A DNA stretch of 63,584 nt, filler included, from Octopus bimaculoides (GCF_001194135.2; 4 parts of 4 records of this genome joined end to end with filler, not necessarily neighbours in it), one strand, 5' to 3'. Numbered from the whole stretch's first letter, positions 23,391 through 35,186 are shown. Notes: generated by a model from the letters alone, not told the origin. A program made the numbers and translations.

Positions 23391-24194
23391 CAGATAACAT
23401 AAATTCACACATTATCATATTCTTAGGTAATTTCATTTAAAAACATTTCCATTTCAAGACCTAATTAATTCTCTCACACATTTTCAGCTGACAACTTGAA
23501 ATGCAAATCTAAATATTTTTGCGTAGGAATAAGCAACTCTGTTTCAAATTTCAGACGGAAAAGATTCTCCCATATTCCACAAACACTTTGATAAATGATC
23601 ACAAAGTCTCACTTCATCTTCCCTATAAATCTAAGCAGCTGTAGTTGTTGGAGGTGGCAGCTGCAGCAGTAGTGGTGGTGGTACTGCTGCTGCTGCTATT
23701 AGAAGTGGTTCTGCTATAGGTAATGACAGTGGGGGTTTCCTAGCCAGCAGCTCTGTTTCAACACACCCATGAGGAGGAGGTAAGTGATCAAATATGAATT
23801 CTGTTTGGAACTTTTAGCTAGGTGTGGCTATGTGGCTGAGAAGCTTGCATGGTTTTAGGTTCAGTCCCACTGCACAGCTCATTGAACACGCACACACACA
23901 GATAGATAGATAGATAAATATCTTTTTATTATAGCCACACAGGGCTAAATACAGAAAATGGACAAATTACAAAGTAGAGCTTTTCTTGTGGGGGGGGGGG
24001 GATAAGGTCTACAGTAGTATTTTAAAAGCAATTGAAAAAATTTTACTTTAGATGTATTTATTGCCAGAAACAGCTGGGTTTCTTTCTCTAATGTTTTACT
24101 TAGTCCAACATGTTTCCAGCCACTGAAACATGTTCTTTTAAAGAGTACTATTGCAAATCTACACAAGTAGAACCCATTTCAAGATGTCACTTAC

Positions 24195-24309
24195 CTCTAT
24201 AAATATTTGTTTCGACTTTGCCAAACTTCTTAAATTTAAATAAATCTTTGGCATAAGATTCAGGGAAGAGCGATTTCATACGGTGAGTTCGTTTCTTCCC
24301 TCTCAAAGC
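24195..24309 (-). CDS. Probable N-terminal exon of the dynein gene (phase 0 to 1)
   Basis: Strong sites tttctgttttgaag|GCT...AGA G|gtaagt; 115 nt open (ALRGKKRTHRMKSLFPESYAKDLFKFKKFGKVETNIYR); no homology recognised. Confidence 0.6.
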
Positions 24310-24890
24310 CTTCAAAACAGAAATGAAACCATCATTAATGACAATCTTAATTCCACATCACTTAACATTTCAGACTATGGCTGCTGCCAGCAATTGTGTT
24401 ATATTCTTAAACAAGATTCATAACTCAATTTGCTTTAGTCTGGCTGGCAACAAGTTCAACACCTACTTAGTAGTAACGATTAGCAAAAACCATCCAGCTC
24501 TTAAAGTGCTAATTCCATCAATATACAAGTGATTACATTTGCAAACATTTTTTCATGATGCTGGTTGGAAATTTGTCACCACCATCATTAATTTGTGTTT
24601 GTTCGTTTTTTTTTCTTTCGTTATGTTTTTCCATTTTTTTTTACTTGTTTTAAATGTCCTGATTTGTGAATAATTGCATCATGTTTAAAGTTTCCAAACA
24701 GATTCACTGCATTTCTGACAGAAAGAGTGGCAAAACTGAGTCATTAGTTTTTCTGTGCTTTGCCACTGTTTATCTCCTTCACCGATATACATTAGCAAAA
24801 GACGCACACCATAAACATAGACACACATATACATAAATTCTAACTGGAAAGTATCAATTTTTTAGCCATCACTCTGCAAGCAAATCAATT

Positions 24891-24925
<35 letters not shown>

Positions 24926-25029
24926 NNNNNNNNNNNNNNNNNNNNNNNNNNNNNNNNNNNNNNNNNNNNNNNNNNNNNNNNNNNNNNNNNNNNNNNNNNN
25001 NNNNNNNNNNNNNNNNNNNNNNNNNNNNC

Positions 25030-25490
25030 ACCAGTGCCCCCTGTCACTGACAGTCCCATGCCAGCCCCTCTGCATCCTCCAAGGTCATGTGAAGCCTCTT
25101 TCTTAATCACATTGAGCCATCTTGTGTGGAGCTACTTACTACAGAGCCTCTTCCAGCCCACAGCTGCTGCATCAAGAGTAAGGCCCTGGTAGGGTGATCC
25201 AACGGACAGAGGAGGAGATGTCCATACCAGCATAGGCAGCAGATGGCTATGAGGCAGGAGGCTGCTAGCTGATGCATGCACACATGCAGCTCTTCACTGG
25301 AAACATGATGGCACCATCTGATGCCCTCAATGGTCCTTAGGACTGTGTTATCAAGGCCAGCAATCCTCTTTGCCAGGGTCTTCATGAGAAGCCACATTTC
25401 TACTCCATAGAGGAGAACGGAGAGGACCAACACATTGTAGATGTGGAGTTTTGTCTTCCAGGAGATAGAGCAGTTGCACCTAAGGGGCTT
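25030..25490 (-). mobile_element. RTE-clade LINE fragment (C-terminal RT region)
   Basis: ISWKTKLHIYNVLVLSVLLYG.E.W..IEGIRW.HHVS.EEL..WYGHLL..P.DHP.R.LL. Confidence 0.82.
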
Positions 25491-25536
25491 CTATAGGGCT
25501 ATCCCATAAAAATATAGAAACATTACTAATACTTAC

Positions 25537-25689
25537 AATTGGTAAATCGGTTTCAGCTTCAGCTATGTCAATAGGAGGCAAATGAGTTGAACTTGTTTTT
25601 ACCAATTTTGTAGACACATCAGTTACTTGTACTTTATCACAAATGTAGTACTGTGCTGCAACCTTTTCCTGACGTAGCTTCAAACATGG
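25537..25689 (-). CDS. Probable N-terminal exon of the dynein gene (phase 0 to 0)
   Basis: ggatttcag|CCA...ATT|gtaagt; 153 nt open (PCLKLRQEKVAAQYY...HLPPIDIAEAETDLPI). Confidence 0.62.
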
Positions 25690-26050
25690 CTGAAATCCAA
25701 ACCATTAAAAAAAGTTATAGATGCAGCTCGAAGTTTAGAAGACTAACAAATGACACCGTGTAACAAAATTTTTATTTATTCATTTTTTTAATCTTTTGTC
25801 AGTAAAAGTTATTTCCTGTAAAATGCAAAATATCTTATTTTTTTGTAGATTAGGTAGGCATAATTCGCCCCTGCCTTTCAATTTCAGTATTAAAACTATG
25901 TATAGTACTGCTGTAGTACACGTGCTGCATACATTCCTACAACAACGTTTTTTTTACATGCTATAAAGGCAGAAGTAAATCTGCCTCCAACTCAGTCGCA
26001 TGCCTGTGTTTCGTTTATTTTTTTTGTGTGTTTTGTTACATAAACGTCAC

Positions 26051-26139
26051 CAACTGCCTATCCTGAGTAATCACTGACAGCACTTGCCTGCTCAGAAGAG
26101 ATTGCAGGAGTTGGAGTTTTTTGGTGGGCGGAGTTATAA
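26051..26139 (-). CDS. Candidate second exon (phase 1 to 0)
   Basis: tctcaaatag|TT ATA...TTG|gtgacg; 89 nt open; links the candidate first exon to exon 25689. An alternative GC donor CAG|gcaagt also exists. Phase logic only. Confidence 0.28.
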
Positions 26140-26198
26140 CTATTTGAGATAAATATTTTACAGTTTGATTCAAATATTTTTTTCATTAGAAGAAGATA

Positions 26199-28114
26199 AG
26201 CTGGTAGAAACGTTAGCTCACAGGGTGAAATGCTTAGTGCCATTTCATCAGTCTTTACATTCTGAGTTCAAATTCTGACAATTCTGCCTTTCATCCTTTT
26301 GGGGTCAATATATTAAGTACCAGTTGCAAACTGAAGTCGATCTAATCGACTAGCTCCCTCCCCAAAAATTTCGGGCCTTGTGCCTAGAGTAGAAAAGGAT
26401 ATTTTTTTCATTAGTGCAAGTTTCAGTTCTTCCTTATCAAGTTTTTGTCATTATTATTAACTCAGGCAAGGGTGGCAAGCTAGCAGAATTGTTAGCATGC
26501 TGGTCAAAATGTTTAGTGGCATTTCATCCATCTTTGTGTTGTGAGATCAAATTCTGCTGAGGTTGACTTTGCCTGTCATCCTTTCAGGGTTGACACAATA
26601 TGTACCAACTAAGCACTGGAGTCAATACAATTGATTTATCTCAACCCAAAAAATTGCTGGGCTTGTGCCAAAATTTGAAATCATTATTATCTCAGGTGAG
26701 GGTGACAAGCTGGTAGAATCATTAGTACAGTGCGGTGAGCTGGCAGAAACATTAGCACGCCAGGTGGTATGCTTTCGTCTGCCGTTACATTCTGAGTTCA
26801 AATTCCGCCGAGGTCGACTTTGCCTTTCATCCTTTCGGGATCGATAAATTAAGTACCAGTTACACANNNNNNNNNNCATCCTTTCGGGATCGATAAATTA
26901 AGTACCAGTTACACACTGGGATCGATGTAATCGACTTAATCTCTTTGTTTGTCCTTGTTTGTCCACTCTATGTTTAGCCCCTTGTGGACAATAAAGAAAT
27001 AAGAATCATTAGTACACTGGATAAAATGCTTAGTGACATTTCATCCATCTTTACATTTTGAGTTCAAATTCCGCTGAGGTTAACTTTGCTCTTCATCCTT
27101 TCAGGGTCAAAAAAGTAAATATCAGCTGAGCATTGATGGAATTGACTTACCCCTCACTTAAAACTGATGGCCTTCTGCTAAAATTTGAAACCATTATCAG
27201 CTCAGGCAAAGGCAGTGAGCTGACAGAATTGTTAGCATGTTGGAAAAACCGCTTAGTGACATGTCTTCCAGCTCCATACATTCTGAATTCAAATCCTGCT
27301 GAGGTCAAATTTGCCTTTTATCCTTTAGGGGCTGATAAAATAAAGTACCAATCAACTACTGGGGTCAATGTAATCAACTAGCTCCTTCTCCTCAAAGTTC
27401 AGTTCCTTGTACCTATATTAGTTTCGAATTTTGGTACAAGGCCAGCAATTTCAGGGTAAGGGTTAAGTCGATTACATCACCCACAGTGCTCGACTGGTAC
27501 TTGTTTCATTGACCCCAAAAGGCTGAAAGATAAAGTTAACCTCAGCAGGATTTGACCTCAGAATGTAAACAACCAGAAGAAATGCTATTTAGCATTTTGT
27601 TCAACACAATAATGATTTTAATAATTAATAATAATAATCCTTTCTATTATAGGTACAAGGCCTAAAATTTGAGGGAGGGGTCTAGTTGATTACATCGACC
27701 CCCAGTNNNNNNNNNNNNNNNNNNNNNNNNNNNNNNNNNNNNNNNNNNNNNNNNNNNNNNNNNNNNNNNNNNNNNNNNNNNNNNNNNNNNNNNNNNNNNN
27801 NNNNNNNNNNNNNNNNNNNNNNNNNNNNNNNNNNNNNNNNNNNNNNNNNAAGAAGAAGAAGAAGAAGAAGAAGAAGAAGAAGAAGAAGAAGAAGAATGGT
27901 TTCAAATTTTTCCACAAGGGCAGCACTTTTGGGGGAGGGATTAAGTCGATTACATTGACCCCAGTGTTCAACTGGTACTTATTTTATCGCCTCTGAAAGG
28001 ATGAAAGGCAAAGTCGACCTCAGCAGAATTTGAACTCAGAACCTAGTGGCAGGCAAAATACCACTTAGCATTTCGCCCAGTGTGCTACCGATTCTGCCAG
28101 CTCGCCACCTTAAC

Positions 28115-28148
<34 letters not shown>

Positions 28149-28680
28149 TTACTAATAGTTTCAATTTTAGTACAGAACCAGCAGTTGTTTTGTTTTTTTT
28201 TTGAGGGGAGGGGAAGTCAATTACATCAACCCCAGTACTTGATTGGTACTTATTTTAGCGACCCTGAAAGCATGGAGCTTGAAACAAAATCAAATGGAAG
28301 GAACATCATTAAAGCCATATATTTTAATGACCCTGAAAGGATGAAAGACAAAGTCGACTTTGACAGAATTTGAACTCAGAACATAAAGACAGATGAAATG
28401 CTGCTAAACATTTTGGCCAATTCTGCCAGTTTGCCACCTTTGTTCAAGTACTTATATGAGAAACTATTATTAACTTTGGCAGTGTGTTGGCAGAATCATT
28501 AGAGCACTGGGAAAAATGTATTGCAGTATTCATTCTAAGTCTTCATATTCTGAGTTCAAATCATACTAAGGTCAACTTTATCTTCCATCCTTCTAGAGTC
28601 AATAAACTAAAGTACCAATCAAGTACTGGGGTCGATGATATGAGCTAATCTTCTCCCTCCAAAATTGGTAGCCTAATCCT
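26199..28680. mobile_element. Cluster of about 11 family-A SINEs
   Basis: About six plus-strand copies at 26199-27410, four minus-strand copies at 27430-28440, one plus-strand copy at 28480-28680. Confidence 0.85.
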
Positions 28681-28735
28681 GAAAACAAAGAGAATTGTTT
28701 GCTCTGTTGCCAGGTAAGTGAAGCACAGTACTCCC

Positions 28736-28960
28736 AACCCTTTAGCAATTAAACCAGCCACATCCAGCCCAAATATTCTACATGTTCCATGTTCAAACTG
28801 GCTTGATCTGGCCTTCCACACCGACCCCACAATGTTATTCTAAAAATATACAATCACATCCTTGAAATCTCAAAGCCACAAGATAATACGTGATTAATTT
28901 AAAACAATGTGAATAAATAAGTATTATATTTGACAAAATAATTTGAATGCTAAAAGGTTC
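28736..28960 (-). mobile_element. piggyBac-type MITE family 1, full-length copy
   Basis: aaCCCTTTAGCAATT...AATGCTAAAAGGtt; body aligns by eye to 7300-7528. Confidence 0.8.
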
Positions 28961-29801
28961 ATTACTTAATCTTTCTTGGTTTTCAAAGAATATTGCTGTG
29001 TCTAAGATCTTTTCTGTAAAATTTAACCAAACACATTTTAAATTATCATAATGAATATTAATAAAATTTTTCTCTAAAAATCTAATGGTGCCAAATGTCT
29101 GACAATTAAAGTTTTGTTAAGGAATCTTAATACATTTGCTTACTATTTTAGCAGATCTTCGTCTTTTAATTAGAGACCAAATGAATATCATTAACAATAA
29201 GTGGTGATTAAGCACATGAAGAAGGAATTTTATGCACTTTATTTTTGAATATATGAATTCTTCAAATGTAAACCAACTTTTTATGGCTGAGACATTACAG
29301 CTCCAGACCGGAGAATGTGTAAATAGGAAATGTATTCTAATGTTTTCAGCTCTCTCTCTCGCTCTCACACATACATATAGGTGCAGGCATGGCTGTGTGG
29401 TAAGAAGCTTGCTTCCCAACAACATGGTTCTAGGTTCAGTCCCACTGTGTGGCATTTTGGGCAAGTGTCTTTAGCATAGCCTTGGGCCAACCAAAGCCTT
29501 GTGAGTGGATTTGATAGATGGAAACTGAAAGAAGACCATCATGTATGTGTGTGTGAGTGTGTGTGTGTATATGTATGTGTCCCACACCACTGCTTAACAA
29601 CCAGTGTTGGTGTGTTTACGTCCCTATAACCTAGCAGATCAGCAAAAGAGACCAAGAGAACAAGTACCAGGTTCCACCAAAAAAAATAATAAGTACTTGG
29701 ATCAATGAGTCCAACTAAATTCTTCCCAGTGGCCGCAGTCTAATGACTGAAACAAGTGAAAAGATAAAAGACAAAGTACATTTTACATATATATATATAT
29801 A

Positions 29802-29834
<33 letters not shown>

Positions 29835-29878
29835 NNNNNNNNNNNNNNNNNNNNNNNNNNNNNNNNNNNNNNNNNNNN

Positions 29879-29890
29879 TTAATTAATTAA
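29879..29890. other. Assembly linker TTAATTAATTAA inside a 100-nt gap (also 46898-46909 and 60853-60864)
   Basis: Identical palindromic 12-mer between 44-N blocks; stops in all six frames. Confidence 0.9.
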
Positions 29891-29934
29891 NNNNNNNNNN
29901 NNNNNNNNNNNNNNNNNNNNNNNNNNNNNNNNNN

Positions 29935-30897
29935 GAGGGCGGGCGTTGTCGTGCAGCAGAAGAACTCCATGCTGCCGATTAAGTCTATTCTCTTGAATAG
30001 TCGTTTTGAGTCGTTCCATCTGTTGAACATAGAGTTCCGCGTTGACCATTGGTTTCCGTTCAAGCAATCCGTAATGGATAATCCCTTCCCAGTCCCACCA
30101 TACGCACAACATCGTTTTACGCGGATGAAGATCTTGTTTCACGTGCGGTGTCGCTTGTTTAAGCAATTTCTTACGTTGCAATTTCTTACGTTGCAATTTA
30201 TTACGTTGCTTCATATTGATGTACAGGCACCATTTTTTGTCGCCAGTAATGATTCGGTAAAGAAATCGTTGCTTGTGTCCATGAGTTGAGCGGTGACGAG
30301 CAAGCAAACCAGCGGAGATTGTTGCTCATTGATTTTTGTTGTCACTTAAAGCATGCAGAACCAATGCTCTATACTTCTGAACCTTTCCCATCCAGTGAAG
30401 ATGCTTCTCTATAGCAGTGTGGGAGCATTCCATTTTCTCTGCCAGTTCTCTTGTCGTTTGACGAGAAATTTCGTGCAAAAGTTGGTTTAATCTCTCTTCA
30501 TCGAACTCAACTGGACGGCCAGAACGAAGTGCGTCTTTGAGGTCAAAATTTCCATTTTTGAACTTGGCATATTAATCACGAGCGGTTCTTTCAGCTATGG
30601 CACCCTCTCCATACACAGCACAAATGTCGCGAGCAGCTTTTACGGCCTTAGAACCTTGATTAAAAGCAAAAAAGAGGTGTCGAAAATGCTCGGTTTTCTT
30701 AACTTGACATTCCATTTTAATGATCTGAAAATAAACAAAAATGAACTAAAATTAACAAGAAAAAAAAAAACAAAACAGAAAATACATTCCAAAATGATTC
30801 AAAAATAGAATTCGCGAGAAAAATAGATTCCAAAATTTAAAAACGCAATAAATTCCAAAATTTAAAAAAACGGTGGGAACTTAGTTGCCACCCAATA
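29935..30897 (-). mobile_element. Decayed mariner transposon, 5' TIR plus most of the transposase, 3' end in gap
   Basis: TA-TTGGGTGGCAACTAAGTT TIR at 30897; MECQVKKTEHFRHLFFAFNQG..RSGRP..; RIITGDKKW..HPRKTMLCVWWD..LLHDNARP; internal stop, and LQRKK duplicated. Confidence 0.92.
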
Positions 30898-31786
30898 GAT
30901 CGATAAAATAATACGAGTCTGAAAGGATGAAGGGGCATTGTTCAACTCAGAACCTAAGGAGCCTGAAGAAATGTCGCAAAGTATTATCTCCGACACTTTA
31001 ACGATTCTACCAGCTTGCTACCCGAGCATTGAAAGCTATATAAGAAAAAGTAGTACCGACTTCAAATCAATCTGCAAACAAGGAAACGAAACAGTATCAT
31101 TATTGAAACAGACTGGTGGGTGAATGTTGGAAGAATGGCCAGTGTGAAAGGACCAATTCTGAGCGTGCATCTGTAAAAAAAAAAGAAGGGCTCTTTCCCT
31201 GTTGTTCAGTTACCCGTGGCTTTTGTGGGTTTTCCACGAGGTCCTTAAAGCGCCTCCCCTATTGGGAGTTTTACAGTGTTTAATTTTTAATCGTTATATA
31301 TATCATTTACACGTTGTAAAACCCATTGTATCGTCCTGTTTTTGTCTTTTATGTTGTATGTGTTGTAACGTAATTTTATGTAAGCCCTTATGACCAATAA
31401 ACGAATTAATTATTGAAACAGACTCACTGTTTTGTTTGAGGGATGGAAGGTTGTTGCTAAAAATCGAATTCATGTTAAGCTCCTTGACTAGTAAAACTTT
31501 GAATATCTTCTCCGCAATTAAGGAATTCTTAGCAAAAGTAAATTATATTTCTAGCAACAATTGAAGAAGTTTTTATAGCAAATTTTGGTTTGTTGGACTG
31601 ATTCAAAACTCAAGTAGGAACTCCTTATACTACGAGTGCAGACAACATTGCAAGAGCAAAATGTTTCTATGTTTTGGTAAAAATAATCGAGAGCGTTATA
31701 ATGGCAGTATTCAGTTCTGAAACGGATATATTCTACAAGCAAATCCTTCAAAATCCTTTTTATGGAAGAACAATCGCAACCCTTAC

Positions 31787-31847
31787 TTGGAGCGTTTAAT
31801 ACTTCCGTTGAGAGGAAAGCTGATGGCAACGCTAAATTACAATTCAT
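31787..31847 (-). CDS. Candidate first coding exon (MNCNLALPSAFLSTEVLNAP, phase 1)
   Basis: ATG at 31847 and strong donor CAA|gtaagg at 31786, in unique DNA near the CpG transition; no homology support. Confidence 0.27.
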
Positions 31848-33004
31848 GACTGCGTATTATGAGTAAAATCTCAGATTTCTTAAAAGCTTTTAAAACTATT
31901 AAAATTTGAGTATTTTACACTCTTTATAAGACAACAATGGCGACCAATGTAATTTTAGAAGTTAAGCTTTTAACCTATTTTGCCCGGCCATACAAAAGTA
32001 TTGTGAGATGAACGCTCTTTACAAGGAAAGTTATATATATTTTTTAATGATGATAGTCCTGCTAGCCATCTCACTGCACATACAAGCTTGCGAAAAAATA
32101 TGAAAGTTATATACATATTTATCCCTGAATATGATACCCTATTTATCGTGTAAGAAGCAATGTCTACTTTTAGATACCATTTTTTTCACGAATAACCTTT
32201 GCAATTAAATTCACAATATGCGAAATACCATTTCGTGAGTAGTGATTTAATTTAAAGATATTGAAAATATTCATGTCATCAAACATCATGACGTCTCTTT
32301 GGAAGCGTTTTATCTATCAACGCTAATGACTTAACAGAATTTTTTATGAAGGACAAATTAATGAAGAATTAGTTAACATTGGAGGAGTGTTTTCCTTGAA
32401 AGAGACGACACAAACTTTCGTGATTCGAATCCCATTTTGAATTGCATTTAGAAGAATCAAGCGATCACGGTATTTTTAATTTTGATTAAAATGAATGCAT
32501 ACAAGCAAGTGGACAATTAAAAAGACAGCGGAAATGACGAAAAGTCAGAATTGAATTTAATACGAAGCTCCGTGAATTTGATAAGTTGAGGCAATTAATA
32601 ATAACTGTCGGACTCCAGCCTCGAAGAAATGACTATTTTAATAAAGAGGTGAATAATTAGATAGAAAAATAATTAAATAGCTAAATAAATATATGTGGGA
32701 GATAATGCGTAATATGCTATAAATATGGCCCTGAACGAGGGCGGTGGGTTTTTGATTCAGTAGAACACTGTAAAAGATGCTTTGCTGTATTTAGTAACGT
32801 TTCTTTATGCTCAAATCCAACTATTGCTCTCTCTTCCTTTTTCATTACTCTGCATGTGTCGCAAATATATATATATATATATANNNNNNNNNNNNNNNNN
32901 NNNNNNNNNNNNNNNNNNNNNNNNNNNNATACATACATACATACATACATACATACACACATACACACATAATACCCTTTATATATATGTATATGCATAT
33001 ATAT

Positions 33005-33050
<46 letters not shown>

Positions 33051-33535
33051 TAAAGAAGGAGGATGCAAGATAGGAGGCATAATGAGGTTGACACCAAATT
33101 AGAGACGAGAAGAGGCTCGGAGGAAAGCAATGAGTGTAAAAGAAACAAAAATACAAGAAATATGAAGACAAACATCCGCTTGTTATGTCTAACAAATGGT
33201 TTTCGCTAATTTATAAACGTTATGTTTAATATGCATACGTACACATACACGCACACATACTCGCAACCACATACACACACAAACACAGCAACACATATTA
33301 GACATATACACACATACACACCAACATATATATATAGGTAATATTGTGTTTGAAGGTTATGTTTATATCTGAATGAAAATATAAATATAAATATAAGTAA
33401 GGAAGTGACAGAATGAATATAACCACGGTAAGGAAAAAGAATTATTACAGAAAACGGATATATAAATATTTCGTTTTCGTATCTGGTTTGCAAAACACTT
33501 TATGTGAGTTCGCGTGTTGAAACAAATTTTGTTAT

Positions 33536-33832
33536 GTCTAGGGAGAGTCATTGTGCCAATATGATTAACACGCACACTGGTTCATTTCCACTCATATATT
33601 AAATATGTGATTTTTTGGGTTTTGCTTGTCAAAGCTCTTTCATTGTTTCTTGCAACCTTTTCAGTGACTATTGATTTAGTCCATTTAAAGTCAATGAGAA
33701 GGTTGCAAGAAAGAGCTCTGACAAACAAAAAAAAACAAAGCAATGGGATATTTAATAAATGAGTGGAATTAAACCAGTGTGCGCGTGTATGTGTATGTGT
33801 TAATTATATTGTCATAATGACTCTCCTTAGAC
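33536..33832. mobile_element. Foldback (nearly fully palindromic) MITE-like element
   Basis: GTCTAGGGAGAGTCATTGTGCCAATATGATTAACAC pairs with GTGTTAATTATATTGTCATAATGACTCTCCTTAGAC; inner pairs CCACTCAT/ATGAGTGG and TTTCTTGCAACCTT/AAGGTTGCAAGAAA. Confidence 0.8.
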
Positions 33833-34189
33833 ACACCAAATATAATAAATATATTATGGATATTATGAAGATCGTAAAATTCAGTAAAAATAGCAGATGT
33901 CATAAGTTGATGTGAGGGATGGGTGTTAGAGAGAAATTTGTAAATGGTAGCTGTAGACTAAAACCAAATAACATACATACAGTTTACCAGACTCTTAGCA
34001 CCATCCTAAAATCAAGAATTATGTCAATAACATCAGGATACACTTGGCGGGGCTATTTTCATATAAAGCTTCTCTAACTAGCGCATCTCCTATTTTTGAC
34101 GATGTGTCGGTCTTCACGTCTGAGTTCAAATTCCACCAAAGTCGACTTTGCCTTCTATTCTTTCCGGGTCTTTTTGACATGCCTTTTCA

Positions 34190-34659
34190 ATCCTCCACAA
34201 GATGTACATGTTCTGTTGTGAAAAATCGCCGTATCACAATTTATAATGGGTTGATTCCTGTGTGTTCTCTGGTTGCTGACCAGGCCGGCACGACTCAAGC
34301 ATTTCCTTTCACAACTCGCTCACATGAAAAGCAACACTCCTTCATTTTCTACACGTTCATTCCTTCTAAAGCCTCCTCTTGATCTTCTCGTCCTTCATTT
34401 TCTCTCTTTCAAACTTCGGACAACCATTGTGCACTTTTTTCCTCCGTTCATTTCGGTCTTGTGCCTCCCTTTTTCAATCAACAACTGAAACTCCTGTCAG
34501 TGCCAAAGCAATTCTGCGGCAATCCTTGAACCTCATTTTGGGTTTATGTCCTGGTCTCCCACCATCTTCCAGTTCACCATACAAAAGTTGCTTAGGAGGT
34601 CTTTCATCATTCATTTTCACCAGATGTCCATCCTACCCCAAACGACTTTGCAGAATCAT

Positions 34660-34660
<1 letters not shown>
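34190..34660 (-). mobile_element. RTE-clade LINE 3' fragment
   Basis: Minus translation RL.*.GHLVKMNDERPPKQLLYGELEDGGRPGHKPKMRFKD..W..EAQDR, typical RTE C-terminus. Confidence 0.75.
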
Positions 34661-34726
<66 letters not shown>

Positions 34727-34738
34727 TTATATATATAC

Positions 34739-35186
34739 GGTGTCGACTTTGCCTTTCATCCGTTCGGGGTCGATAAATTAAGTACCAGTTGCGTACTGGG
34801 GTTGATCTAATCGACTGGCCTCCNNNNNNNNNNNNNNNNNNNNNNNNNNTTTCGGGCCTTGTGCCTAAAGTAGAAAAGAATATACGGTGTGTTCTGAGCA
34901 CTTTGAGTCTTGGCAGAGCCCGTCGGTCGCCAGTTCTGGCTACAATTGGTTTCTTTCAGAGACAGACAAGATAGAAAAAAAGAAGACGAAACAATTTGCT
35001 GAAAGAAACCAATTGCAGCCAGAACTGGCGACCGACGGGCTCTGCCAAGACTCAAAGTGCTCAGAACACACCGTATATTCTTTTCTACCTTAGGCACAAG
35101 GCCCGAAATATCGGGGGAGGAGGTCAGTCGATTAGATCAACCCTTAATTTATCGACCCCGAAAAGATGAAAGGCAAAGTCGACACC
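34739..35186. repeat. Near-perfect inverted duplication (arms 34739-34959 and 34999-35186)
   Basis: Half of a family-A SINE plus about 85 bp of non-SINE sequence, mirrored around a 39-nt spacer. Confidence 0.9.

Noticed and set aside
23540-23620. Possible linker exon (DEVRLCDHLSK) joining exons 24195 and 22.5 kb in frame
   Set aside because: Needs three weak splice sites and still meets the TGA at 22476; kept only as an alternative to mutual exclusivity.
31551-31847. 98-aa ORF as a stand-alone gene
   Set aside because: No recognisable homology; a strong internal donor at 31786 suggests at most a short first exon.
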